A stretch of DNA of 64,000 nt from an uncultured Gemmatimonadales bacterium (GCA_963730185.1 CAVSQW010000009.1:192001-256000); one strand, 5' to 3'. Counted from the first letter of the stretch, positions 8,630 through 18,657 are shown. The notes: a model not told the origin generated them from the sequence alone. Translations and numbers: made by a program.

Positions 8630-10147
8630 ATGCGCATCCGGCGGTCCCTGAAGCTACTCCTGATTCCCACCCTGATCGGCCTGGCGGCAGGCCGGACAGC
8701 GGAGTCCGCCGCCGATCCTCGGGCGCTGATCGAGGCCGGCGCCCACGCCATGGGGGGATTAGACCTGCTCCGCCGCCTCCCGGCTGTCCGGGTGGAGGAG
8801 ACCGGTCACGAATACATGATCTCCACGCCCACGTCACCGGACGGTCCCCGCCGGATGGCGCTGCAGACCTTCACCGAGATCCGGAACCGGTCGCTCGACG
8901 CCATCCGGTGGTCCCAGGTCCTGCGCTATCCGATGCGTCCCGAGGTCTTCAACCGGACCATCGTCGCCACGGCGACAGCCGGGGCGACGATGAGCGGCCC
9001 CCGGGTCGCACCCGACTCGCCGGCCGGATGGCGGGCCGCCCGAGGGGAGGTGGAGCTGGCCCCGGAGCGGATCCTGCTGACGGCGCTGGCGGCCGCCCAG
9101 CTGACCCTCGAACCGGCGATCGTGGTGGCCGGCGATTCCGCGTCGGTGGTGCGGTTCCCGTACCGTGAGGGCTCGGTCGAGCTCGCGCTCGACCGGCGGT
9201 CGCACCTGCCAATCCGGGTTATGTTAACCTACTCACCGGCCGACGACCCCTTCATGCACATGCTCGGTGACGCCACCCTCGAGACGACGTGGACGGCCTG
9301 GGCGGTCGATTCCTCCGGGCTCTGGTACCCCCGTCAGCGGAGCGTCACCTTGAACGGCGAGCCCTACCGCGAGTACGTCGTCACGTCGTTCGAGCTCCCG
9401 GCGGCGGCTCCGCCCGATTCCTTCGCCATCCCGGACACCGTCGCCGCCCGATTCAGCCCCAGTCGATCCGGTCCCAGGTCGGTCCGCCTGTCGCCCCGAC
9501 CCCTCGGTCGGAACGCGGTCCTCTATCTCGGCGGATATCAGGCCTTCGCGGTGAAGCAGGACGACGGGGTGGTGGTGGTCGAGGCGCCCGAGTCGGCCGA
9601 GAAATCCCGCGCCGTCTTGCGGGACCTGGCCGAGCGCTGGCCGACGGTCCCGGTCAAGGCGTTGATCGCGACCTCGCCGATGTGGATGCACCTAGGTGGC
9701 GTGCGGGAGTACGTCGCCCGGAGGATCCCGATCTACGCCTCGCGCGGGACGGCCGAGGTCGTTCGAAGGCTGGTGGCCGCTCCCCATCGTCTCTCACCCG
9801 ACAGCCTGAGCAGGGCCCCCCGATCGCTCCGGCTTCACGTGGTGGGAGGCCGACTTGAACTTGGGCGCAGGGCCGACCGTCTCGAGGTCAGGCCGGCGGA
9901 CGGTCCCCACGGCGCCGCGATGCTGCTGGTGCGGTTGCCGGCCCTTCGACTGCTCTATGCCAGCGACATCCCGGTTCCCGACGCCTTCGAACCGAATTTC
10001 AAGGCGGCCTACCGGGCCGAGCTTCTCCGGACGGTGGATGGACTTTCGGCGGCGATCGACTCAGTGTTCGGGCTCCACGTGGCCCCGATGGGGGTGGACG
10101 CGATCCGAGCCGGGACCCCGATTGAGGCCGCTCGGCCCTCGGGCTGA
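8630..10147 (+). CDS. Secreted protein with a C-terminal degenerate metallo-beta-lactamase-like fold
   Basis: Signal peptide; N-terminal ALIEAGAHAMGG region; VVVEAP...LIATSPMWMHLGGVREY; LYASD. Confidence 0.7.
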   Translation: MRIRRSLKLLLIPTLIGLAAGRTAESAADPRALIEAGAHAMGGLDLLRRLPAVRVEETGHEYMISTPTSPDGPRRMALQTFTEIRNRSLDAIRWSQVLRYPMRPEVFNRTIVATATAGATMSGPRVAPDSPAGWRAARGEVELAPERILLTALAAAQLTLEPAIVVAGDSASVVRFPYREGSVELALDRRSHLPIRVMLTYSPADDPFMHMLGDATLETTWTAWAVDSSGLWYPRQRSVTLNGEPYREYVVTSFELPAAAPPDSFAIPDTVAARFSPSRSGPRSVRLSPRPLGRNAVLYLGGYQAFAVKQDDGVVVVEAPESAEKSRAVLRDLAERWPTVPVKALIATSPMWMHLGGVREYVARRIPIYASRGTAEVVRRLVAAPHRLSPDSLSRAPRSLRLHVVGGRLELGRRADRLEVRPADGPHGAAMLLVRLPALRLLYASDIPVPDAFEPNFKAAYRAELLRTVDGLSAAIDSVFGLHVAPMGVDAIRAGTPIEAARPSG

Positions 10148-10329
10148 GTCGGCAACCTCGAGCCGGGGTGTGACTTCCGGGATGCTGATAGCGGGCTGAG
10201 GCCGGGATGATTGGCGGCGTCGATGTTGGCGGCGGGTCGGCATGGATTCGACGAGCGCCGTGCCGGCCCGCGTCAGGCGTCCTGCGGCGGCGCACACCGA
10301 CGGTCCCCACGTTCGTCCGAGGAAGCGCC

Positions 10330-10954
10330 ATGCGGTTCTCATGCATCGTGTTAGTCAGCCTGGCGGCCCTGGTCGGAGTGGCGTCGGATGCCCGGGGCCA
10401 GCACCTGTCGGTGGCACCGACCATCGGGTTCTACGTGCCCACCGAAGACTTGATCAGCGCCGCCCAGAATGGCGGTACCTCGGGCAAGCTCGAGGCTGGG
10501 GTGTCATTCGGTGGGTGGTTGGGCCTCTGGTTCGGGAGCCGGGTCGGCCTCGAGGCGTCGGGCAACTACAGTGCCCACGACGTTCTCGCTCACCTCCTCG
10601 TCGAATCAGGTCACCAAGCAGGACGCCAAGCTGTTCAACGGCGCCGCCCAGCTGGTGATCTACCTGCTGCCCCGGACCGGTCTGTTCTCCGTCTACCTGA
10701 ACGGCGGGGTCGGCGTCGTGAGCCACGGGGGCGTCGCGTTCACCAGTCAGGCCGAGACCACCAACCTGTCCGGGGTCGTCGGGGCCGGCGCCGGGCTCAA
10801 TCTCGGCGGGTTCATGTTGACCGCCGGAGCCGATCTCTACGGCTACAAGTCCGACTATGCCGGCACGACCCAGTTGACCGGCAGCCTGACCCAAGAGGAC
10901 ATTCAGCTCCGACTCGGTTTCGGACTGCCGTTCGGGGGGCCGATCCCACACTGA
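10330..10954 (+). pseudogene. Outer-membrane beta-barrel protein, frameshifted at ~10570 (or sequencing error)
   Basis: Signal peptide and amphipathic strands run to GNY at 10569. After one extra A the frame continues VPTTF...YLNGGVG...QLRLGFGLPF. Confidence 0.75.
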
Positions 10955-11004
10955 TCGACGGGCTCGGGCACCCGGGCTGTCAAGGCGCGACCGACTCGGC
11001 GTGG

Positions 11005-11235
11005 TTTGATGGCTCGAATACGTACCTGACCCGGACCGAGGTCCACGAGCTCCTGGGGCGGGCGTTCGCCGCGGCGGGCCTCCCGGACAGCGCGGCCGTT
11101 CAATATGCCGCCGTCGCCAAGGCCTGGAGCCACGCGGATCCGGAGCTCGCATCGCGGGTGGCGGCCGCCCGGGCCTTCCGGCCACCGGTCGAGACCCGGT
11201 CCTCGCTCCGAAAGGCCGTCCCGGCCCACTCCTGA
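11005..11235 (+). pseudogene. Orphan C-terminal fragment of a TPR-like protein
   Basis: DGSNTYLTRTEVHELLGRAFAAAGLPDSAAVQYAAVAKAWSHADPEL, with GC3-rich codons but no start codon or RBS. Confidence 0.5.
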
Positions 11236-11283
11236 CCGACGCGGCTCGCGCGAGCGGTCTCACCTCCTTCCCGAGCCTTGCCC

Positions 11284-12294
11284 ATGGTCTCCCTGAACGT
11301 GAGCTCCCCCGACGCCCGCGCGCTCTTTCAGGATGCCCTCGTCTGGGACATGGTGTTCGTCTACGAACCCGACGTGGGCAACGACGCTCGGCTCTTCCCG
11401 AGATGGCTCGAGGCGGGCTTCAACTTCGTTTCGGTCCACCCCGCCGGCGACCGGCACAACGTCGGCGAAGCCATGCGGCGGATCGCGCTCTGCCGGCGTC
11501 ACATCCTGAGCGACTCACGCTACCTCCTGGTGGACACCGCCGACGATGTCCTCCGCGCCAGGCGGGAAGGAAAGCTGGCCGTCGGGCTCCACCTCGAAGG
11601 GTTCCGGTGCCTGGAGCGCGACCTCAACCTGATCGAGGTCTACTACCGGCTCGGAGTGCGCTTCTGTCACCCGGTCTTCAACCTGGTGAACTCGATCGGC
11701 GGCGGCGGCGCCGACCGGATCGACATCGGGCTCACCAAGTTCGGAGTCCGCGTGGTGGAGGAGATGAACCGGGTGGGGATGTTGGTGGATGGCGCCCACG
11801 CCGGCTATCGGACCACGCTCGACATGATCGAGGTGTCGCGGACGCCGATGATCTTCTCGCACCTCGGGTGCCATGCCGTTCATCCCCACTTCCGGAACGT
11901 CAAGGACGACCAGATCCTGGGCTGCGCCCGGAAGGGTGGCGTCATCGGTATCACGAGCGCCGGCTTCTATCTGGGCGGGACCGAGAGCGAGACCTACTTC
12001 CGGCACCTCGACCACGTGGCGCAGCTGGCGGGCGCCGGCCACGTGGGATTGGGTCTCGACTACCTCGACGAGGGCGGCCTGGCTTTCCTGTCGGCCTTCA
12101 TCGACGCCCGGCCCGACGAGTGGCCCGATCGCGACAAGGGGGTCTGGGATCCGCTGGCGTGCGTCCACCCCGAACAGATGATCGAGGTGGCGGAGCTGAT
12201 GCTCCGCCACGGCTACTCGGAGCAGGAGGTTCGCGGCGTCCTGGGCGAGAATTGGCTCCGGGTCTGTCGCGAGGTGTGGCAGCCCTCACGATAG
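11284..12294 (+). CDS. Cytoplasmic peptidase M19-family (amidohydrolase) protein
   Basis: LHLEGF, GLTKFG..VVEEMNRVGMLVDGAH, IFSH, RNVKDDQI, VGLGLDY; no signal peptide. Confidence 0.88.
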   Translation: MVSLNVSSPDARALFQDALVWDMVFVYEPDVGNDARLFPRWLEAGFNFVSVHPAGDRHNVGEAMRRIALCRRHILSDSRYLLVDTADDVLRARREGKLAVGLHLEGFRCLERDLNLIEVYYRLGVRFCHPVFNLVNSIGGGGADRIDIGLTKFGVRVVEEMNRVGMLVDGAHAGYRTTLDMIEVSRTPMIFSHLGCHAVHPHFRNVKDDQILGCARKGGVIGITSAGFYLGGTESETYFRHLDHVAQLAGAGHVGLGLDYLDEGGLAFLSAFIDARPDEWPDRDKGVWDPLACVHPEQMIEVAELMLRHGYSEQEVRGVLGENWLRVCREVWQPSR

Positions 12295-12314
12295 CCAGGA
12301 CGGACCGGAGCCCC

Positions 12315-13079
12315 TCAGAGAATCCGGGTCGCGAACTCCAACGTGACGGCCAAGGTCGAGTTCTTCGCCCCGACGAGCCGGTTGCCGTCCGCGACCGCCT
12401 GGTCCGGGGCGATTGGTACCAGGCTCCGGGTCCAGCGAACGCCGATGCCGATGCCTCCCGCGGCGATCGTTCCCCCGACCACGAACCCGGCATCGCCGTT
12501 GTTGTAACGCGTGGTGGAGCCATCCGCGCTGGAGCACGGGCGGACCAGCTCGGGTCCGCTCGACCCTTGGGGGACCGGCACGTCCGCGACCGGGTTGGAG
12601 AACGAGCAGGCCAGGCGGACGGCGATGAACGGACCGGCGTAGATCCGGGGCGTGACGTCGCGGCTGATGGCGCGCCGAAAGCGGGCTTCGATCAGAAGCG
12701 GCGCCTCGAGCCAGGTGAACGAAGCCTTCTCGGTCTCGGTGATCGGCACGCACTGGGTGCCAGGTGGCAGGCAGGGCGGGATGATGCTGTTGGTGAACCC
12801 GACCTGCTTCCCCGAGACCAGCACTTCGGGTCGGAGTCGGATCGAGCCGATCACCGGCACGCTCAGGAACCCTCCCAGCGAGCCCCGGATCTTGGCGTCG
12901 ACCGGGCCGGCACCGGTGACCGTGTTGCGGTTGGGACCGCCGATGATCCCGATCTCGACCGCGGCGTCGCGGTCGATGAATCGATGCAGCCGTTGGAGCG
13001 TGCGCCGCTGGGCCTGGAGCCCCGCGGGAATCACCAGCAGGCCGGCCAGCAGCAGGACGGGCAAGGTCGAACGTGGCAT
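12315..13079 (-). CDS. Outer-membrane beta-barrel (porin-family/OmpA-like) protein
   Basis: Signal peptide MPRSTLPVLLLAGLLVIPAGLQA; LRPEVL, WLEAPLLI, PRIYAGP, terminal TLAVTLEF strand; Cys pairs in loops. Confidence 0.75.
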   Translation of the reverse strand: MPRSTLPVLLLAGLLVIPAGLQAQRRTLQRLHRFIDRDAAVEIGIIGGPNRNTVTGAGPVDAKIRGSLGGFLSVPVIGSIRLRPEVLVSGKQVGFTNSIIPPCLPPGTQCVPITETEKASFTWLEAPLLIEARFRRAISRDVTPRIYAGPFIAVRLACSFSNPVADVPVPQGSSGPELVRPCSSADGSTTRYNNGDAGFVVGGTIAAGGIGIGVRWTRSLVPIAPDQAVADGNRLVGAKNSTLAVTLEFATRIL

Positions 13080-13283
13080 GTGGGTCCCCTGGATGGCTGG
13101 GATTCCTCCGACCACGCGTCGGGGGGTGTTCTCCTTCGATGCCAGGATCCGGGCCAACGTTGCGTAAGCGGCGGTTCGAGGGGCCACGCGGGCGGCCGGC
13201 GATCCGCCGCTTGCCTCCGATCGAGCCGGACACGATCTTGCGCTCGAAGCAATGATGACCTTGGAAGGAGCTCGTAACACCCC

Positions 13284-14761
13284 ATGACATCGACGTTTCG
13301 CTCGCTCCGACAGGCTCTGCTCACGCTCTCGGCCGTGGCCCTTCTCGTCCCCGCCGTCGGCCACGCCCAGATCTCCCGGGCGGAGTACCTGGCTCGGCGT
13401 GACTCGCTGGCGGCCCGGGTCGGCGACGGGGTCGTGATTGCCTTCGGTGGCCGTACCCCGGTGAGCGACTTCGGCCCGTTCTATCAGCTGGCCGGCTTCC
13501 GCTACCTGACCGGGTACGAGTTCGCCGATGCCACCCTGATCATGACGGTGAAGGGTGGTCGGGCGACCAGCACCCTGTTCGTGAATCGGAGCACTCCCCG
13601 CCGGGCGCTCTACTACGGTGTCGAGCCGGACTCCGGCGCCATCGCGGTCGACCTCGGTCTCGGCTCTCGCGATGCCGGCCAGCTCCAGGCCGTGGCGGAT
13701 TCGCTCGCGTCGACCGGCGCCGCGTTCCACGTCCTGCGCGACTTCGAGGACGCCGACTTCGCCCAGGCCGACTCCCTGACCCGGGGTGGTCAGTTCATGC
13801 GGGGCCTCGCGGCTCGACACGGCGGCCTCACGGTCAAGAACGCGGCCCCGATCGTGGACCAGCTCCGGGCCCGTAAGAGCCCGGCCGAGCTGGCGCTGAT
13901 CCGAAAGGCGGCGGAGATCAGCACCGAGGGGCACCGCCAGGCCATGAAACAGATCGAGCCCGGCATGCACGAGTACGATCTCCAGGCGATCGTCGAATAC
14001 GCCTTCAAGCGGGGTGGGGCGGAGCGGCCGTCCTACGGGTCGATCGTGGGCTCGGGTCCAAACGGTACCCAGCTCCACTACATGAAGGATCGGGGCGAGC
14101 TCAAGCCGGGCCAGGTGGTGGTGATCGACGCGGGGGCGGAGTACGACGGCTACGCGGCGGACGTCACCCGCACCATCCCGGTCAGCGGCACCTACACGCC
14201 GGACCAGCGGGCCATCTATCAGGTCGTCCGCGACGCGCAGGCCGCGGCGGAGCGAAACTCCAAGCCCGGGATGTCGATTCAGGCCGCCCAGGACAGCTCG
14301 ATCGACGTCCGGGCCGAAGGCCTCGCCCGGCTCGGTCTGATCGAGTCACCTACCGCGACCTTCGACCCGCCCTGGCCGGCCGACTGCGAGGGTCGCCCCG
14401 CTCGTGCCGCCAGGTGATGCTCTTCGCCATCCACGGGATCAGCCACGGCCTCGGCCTGGCGGTGCATGACCCGCTTCAGGCCTACTACGGCGACCACACC
14501 TTCAAGCAGGGCGATGCGTTCACGATCGAGCCGGGGATCTACGTGACCCCGAAGCTCCTGGACATCCTACCCGACACCCCGAAGAACCGGGCCTTCAAGG
14601 CCAAAGTCCAGAAGGCGGTGGAGCGCTACCGGGACACCGGCGTTCGGATCGAGGACGATTACGTCATCACCGACCGGGGCCTGCAGTGGATCACGAGCGG
14701 CGCTCCGCGGGAGATCGAGGAGATCGAGGCCCTGTCGAAGCGCCGCCCCGCCGTGCCTTAG
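13284..14761 (+). pseudogene. Secreted Xaa-Pro aminopeptidase (M24B), split by a frameshift at ~14401 (or sequencing error)
   Basis: 13284-14417 carries the signal peptide and IDAGAEYDGYAADVTRT. 14414-14761 carries HGLGLAVHD, TIEPGIY and GVRIEDD. Adding one base joins them. Confidence 0.85.
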
Positions 14762-15537
14762 GGGGTCTTGAGGCGGTCGATCTGGCGCTGGATCATCGGC
14801 TTGGCCCGATCCGGCGCCTGGTCGAGCGCCTTCTGGAACGTAGCCAGCGCCGCCTCCTTGTCGCCCGAGGCCGCCTGCGCTCCCCCCAACGCCGCCAGCG
14901 TGCGAACGTCCTCACCGTTGGTCGTGATCTCCAGCTGGATCATGGCGATCGCCGCGGGGTACTTGCCGGCCCGCGAGAGCTCCTCGCCCAGCCGGGTCAG
15001 GACTCCCGGGCTGAAGTCGTAGGAGAACCCTCCGTAGTACCGCTTCCGGAGCGCCTGGTACTGGGCGATCGCGGAGTCGACCCCGGCGGAGTCGATCGTC
15101 CTCGCCAGCACGTCCTCGAGCATGACCGGCCGACTCAGCCCTCGATGGCAGGTTACGCAGGTCACCCGGACCCGCTCAGCGTCGGGGACGCCCAGATCGG
15201 CCAGCCCGGCCAGCTGGGTGCCGTTGATGTCGTGGACCATCCGGATCATGAGCCGAGCCTTGGCCTTGGTCGGCTTGTCGTCGGACGCGAAGTCGAAGTC
15301 GGCCAGACTCCGAGCGCCGTTGTCGACGTGGCAATACTCGCAGCGCACGCCGAGGGCGGCGGTGAAGCCCCGCATCACGGCGCTGAGCCTCTCGCCCCCG
15401 ATGTCGTCCGGAAGCGCTTTGATGTTCTTGGGGTGGTCGGGCCAACGGAACCCGCCCTGAGCCTGCGCCGCCGTCGCCGACCCGGCGAGTAGCGTCACGA
15501 TGGCCGTCGAGGCGACGACCAGGTTGGAAACGCGCAT
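14758..15537 (-). CDS. Di-haem c-type cytochrome (reaction-centre cytochrome c subunit-like) with C-terminal TPR
   Basis: Signal peptide; MRGFTAALGVRCEYCHV, DFASDDKPTK..AR.M and VTCVTCHRG; TPR-like C-terminus. Confidence 0.85.
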   Translation of the reverse strand: MRVSNLVVASTAIVTLLAGSATAAQAQGGFRWPDHPKNIKALPDDIGGERLSAVMRGFTAALGVRCEYCHVDNGARSLADFDFASDDKPTKAKARLMIRMVHDINGTQLAGLADLGVPDAERVRVTCVTCHRGLSRPVMLEDVLARTIDSAGVDSAIAQYQALRKRYYGGFSYDFSPGVLTRLGEELSRAGKYPAAIAMIQLEITTNGEDVRTLAALGGAQAASGDKEAALATFQKALDQAPDRAKPMIQRQIDRLKTP

Positions 15538-15613
15538 GAACCGCCTCGAAGCATTAGGGGACTGGAATAATAGAAAACCCGGCGGCCGGCGAGCCAACCG
15601 GTCTGAAACCCGC

Positions 15614-15642
15614 TTGCCGCTTATATCGTCATGCGATATAGT
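15614..15642 (+). promoter_or_regulatory. Sigma70 promoter overlapped by a palindromic operator upstream of the PadR gene
   Basis: TTGCCG-17 nt-TATAGT containing TATATCG-tcatg-CGATATA (15622-15640). Confidence 0.7.
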
Positions 15643-15661
15643 TGCGAAGGGGGTCTCCTCA

Positions 15662-16006
15662 ATGGGTACTACGGCGCCGCTCTCGGCGCAGGTCTTTCAC
15701 ATCCTGTTGGCCCTGGTCGACGGTGATCGCCACGGCTATGGGATCATTCTCGACGTGGAACGGGAAACCGGAGGCTCGGTGCGTCTCGGTCCCGGCACTC
15801 TCTACGGCGCCTTGAAGCGGTTGGTTGCAGCCGGGTGGGTGGTCGAGACCGACCGCCGTCCCGACCCGACCCTCGACGACGAGCGTCGGCGGTACTACCG
15901 GCTGACCGAGGATGGGCGCCGGGTGCTCGCGGCCGAGACGGCTCGGATGGCGAGCGCGGTCGCCCGGGCTCGTCGAGCCGGGGCCCTTCGAGCTCGTCCC
16001 ACATGA
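15662..16006 (+). CDS. PadR-family transcriptional regulator
   Basis: HILLAL..GDRHGYGI, GPGTLYGALKRL, RRRYYRLT..G. Confidence 0.95.
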   Translation: MGTTAPLSAQVFHILLALVDGDRHGYGIILDVERETGGSVRLGPGTLYGALKRLVAAGWVVETDRRPDPTLDDERRRYYRLTEDGRRVLAAETARMASAVARARRAGALRARPT

Positions 16007-18657
16007 CGATCCGCCTCGCGACCCTCCTCGCCCGGGCGCTCCTGCGCCTTTTCCCCGCCTCGTTCCGCGACGAGTTCGGTCGCGACGTGGCGCATCTCTT
16101 CGCCGAGCGTTGGCGGGACCTCCGGGGACTGCGGGGTTTCCGGAACCGGGTCGGGCTGATCGCCGATCTTCTCGTCAACGCGGGCCGCGAGTGGCGAACG
16201 ACGCTCGGGGCTGGCGCCCCTTCACCCTCCAGGAGTCGACCACTCATGCTGCTCCACGACCTTCGTCACCTGGGGCGGTCCTTGGCCCGGAGCCCGGCTT
16301 TCGCCCTCTCCGCGCTGGCCACGCTGGGGCTCGGCATCGGGGTCACGACGGCGATCTTCGCCGTGTTCTACGGCGTGCTCCTCCGGCCGCTTCCGTTTCC
16401 GGAGCCCGGGCGGCTGGCGTTCATCACCCGGGACGGCGACGTGTCGGTTCCCGACGGAGCGGACTGGCGGGCGCAGTCGACCACTTTCGAGTCGATCGCT
16501 CTCTTCGGTCGGGATTGGTCCCTCGACCTCACCGGCCTGGGTGACCCCGAGCCGGTCCGTGCTTACGCCGTGGAGCCCGCCTTCTTCCGGGTTCTCGGCG
16601 TCGAGCCGCTCCTCGGCCGGCTATTCACCGACCAGGACAACCAGCCCGGCGGGGCGCATTCGATTCTGATTAGCGAGGGTTTCTGGCGCACCCGCTTCGG
16701 GGCCGACCGCCACGTCGTCGGGCGGCAGCTGGTGCTGAGCGGCGATCCGACGACGGTCATCGGGGTGTTGCCCCGGGAGTTCGACTTTCTCGACACCGGT
16801 GCGATCGGGGCGGTGCCCCTCGCCGTGGCGATGCCGTGGGCTCCGGGATCCCGGGGAACCAACAACCTCGACGCGATCGGCCGGGTGCGGTCGGGTGTAG
16901 CGTTCGCCGCCGCCCGGGCCGAGCTGACGGCGATCTCGACCCGGCTCGCCGAGGAGTACCCCCAGACCAATCGCGGCAAGATCGTGGATCCGCTGCCCCT
17001 GACCGAGTTCCTGGTCGGGGGCTCGCGGACCGGCCTCTGGCTGGTGCTGGCCGCCGTGGCCACCCTCCTCGTGATCGCCACGGTGAATCTGGCGGGTCTG
17101 CTGCTCGCCCGGGTTACGGCCCGCCACCGCGAGCTCTCGGTCCGGGCCGCCCTCGGCGCCGGGCGCCGGCGCCTGGCCGGCCAGCTGGTGGTCGAGGGGC
17201 TCGCCCTGGCTGCACTCGGGGGCGCGCTCGGGCTGGGGGTGGCCGGGCTGGGTCTCGGCGCCCTGCGCCACCTGCTGCCCGAGGGCATGCCGCGAACCAC
17301 GACCCTCGCCTTCCGCGGGCCGGTGCTCCTCTTCGGGCTGGCGATGGCGTTCGGGAGCGGCCTGCTCTGCGGCGTGCTGCCCGCTACCCGGGCGCTCCGG
17401 GTCAGGGCCCTCGAGGGGCTCGGCACCACCAGGGCGGGCGGCGAGCGAGGACGACATCGCGCCCTTCGGCTCGTGGTGGCGACCGAGATCGGGCTCGCGG
17501 TCGCACTGCTCGCGGCGGCCGGCGTCCTGGCCAAGAGCTTCCAGCGGCTCTGGAGCCAGCCCCTGGGCTTCGAGCCCCGCGGGACGCTCAGCGCGAACCT
17601 GGTGCTTCCCGCCTCGCGGTACGGTACCATGGCGGCCCAGACCGCCGCCTACACCGGGATCGTCGATCGGTTGCGGGCGCTCCCTGGGGTGACGGACGCC
17701 GCGTACGCGATCAGCCTGCCGTTGGTTCCGGGCGGGGCCGTCGGCAATAAGGTTCTTTTCGAGAACCGGTCCGACCTCACGCCCGACCAACCGTCGGGCG
17801 CCCGCATCCGTCCGGTCTACGGCGACTACTTCGCGACCCTCCGCCTCCCGATCCTCCGGGGCCGCGCCTTTCTCGACACCGACCGGGCGGACGCCCCGCC
17901 CGTCGCCATCATCAACCAGACGATGGCTCGCCTGTTCTGGGGCGACCGGGATCCGATCGGCGCGCGGATCGCTCTCCGCGACTGGCACGAGCTCACGCCC
18001 GGACCGGTCTGGATGACGATCGTCGGCGTCGCCGAGGACGTGCGGTCGCTCACCCTGGCGGATGGCGACCAAGCTGCCGTGTACATGCCCTATGTCCAGC
18101 GGCAGGTGTCGTGGCAGCGCTTCGGTAACCTGGTAATCCGAACGACGTCGGCGCCGGGCGGGTTCGGGCCGGCCCTCAAGGAAGCGGTCTGGTCGGTGGA
18201 TCCGCTCCTGGCGGTGAGTCGGATCGAGAGTCTCGAGGCCAGGCACGCCACGTCCGCCGCGCGCGAGCGGTTCCTCGCGGTGGTCGTGGGTCTCTTCGCG
18301 GGGTCCGCCTTGCTGCTCGTCGTGCAGGGCCTCTGGGGTGTGGTCGCCTACGCCGTCGCCGAGCGGCGCCGGGAGATCGGGGTCCGGGTGGCGCTGGGGG
18401 CTCTGGCCGGCGACGTGGTCCGTCTGGTGGTCCGCGAAGCGCTGGCGCCCTTGGCGGCCGGCGCCCTGTTGGGGCTCGGCCTGGCGGTGATCGGTGGCCG
18501 GCTGGTGCGGGGAGCCCTCTTCGAGGTGAGTCCCACCGATCCCCTCGTGCTGGTCGGCACGGTCGGGGTGCTCCTCGTGGTGGCGCTCGCCGCGAGTGCC
18601 ATCCCGGCCCGGCGAGCCACCCGGATCGATCCGTTGGAGGCAATGCGGGCGGAGTAG
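16003..18657 (+). CDS. ADOP-family duplicated MacB/FtsX-type ABC permease
   Basis: Prefix LLRLFPASFRDEFG, LGLGIGVTTAIF, two MacB-periplasmic/FtsX repeats (RHRELSVRAALGA; RRREIGVRVALGA), ending PARRATRIDP. ATGA-coupled to the PadR gene. Confidence 0.93.
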   Translation: MTIRLATLLARALLRLFPASFRDEFGRDVAHLFAERWRDLRGLRGFRNRVGLIADLLVNAGREWRTTLGAGAPSPSRSRPLMLLHDLRHLGRSLARSPAFALSALATLGLGIGVTTAIFAVFYGVLLRPLPFPEPGRLAFITRDGDVSVPDGADWRAQSTTFESIALFGRDWSLDLTGLGDPEPVRAYAVEPAFFRVLGVEPLLGRLFTDQDNQPGGAHSILISEGFWRTRFGADRHVVGRQLVLSGDPTTVIGVLPREFDFLDTGAIGAVPLAVAMPWAPGSRGTNNLDAIGRVRSGVAFAAARAELTAISTRLAEEYPQTNRGKIVDPLPLTEFLVGGSRTGLWLVLAAVATLLVIATVNLAGLLLARVTARHRELSVRAALGAGRRRLAGQLVVEGLALAALGGALGLGVAGLGLGALRHLLPEGMPRTTTLAFRGPVLLFGLAMAFGSGLLCGVLPATRALRVRALEGLGTTRAGGERGRHRALRLVVATEIGLAVALLAAAGVLAKSFQRLWSQPLGFEPRGTLSANLVLPASRYGTMAAQTAAYTGIVDRLRALPGVTDAAYAISLPLVPGGAVGNKVLFENRSDLTPDQPSGARIRPVYGDYFATLRLPILRGRAFLDTDRADAPPVAIINQTMARLFWGDRDPIGARIALRDWHELTPGPVWMTIVGVAEDVRSLTLADGDQAAVYMPYVQRQVSWQRFGNLVIRTTSAPGGFGPALKEAVWSVDPLLAVSRIESLEARHATSAARERFLAVVVGLFAGSALLLVVQGLWGVVAYAVAERRREIGVRVALGALAGDVVRLVVREALAPLAAGALLGLGLAVIGGRLVRGALFEVSPTDPLVLVGTVGVLLVVALAASAIPARRATRIDPLEAMRAE

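Noticed and set aside
10207..11235. 342-aa ORF as one real protein
   Set aside because: It is a chimera created by the 10570 frameshift: barrel N-terminus, out-of-frame middle and an unrelated fragment
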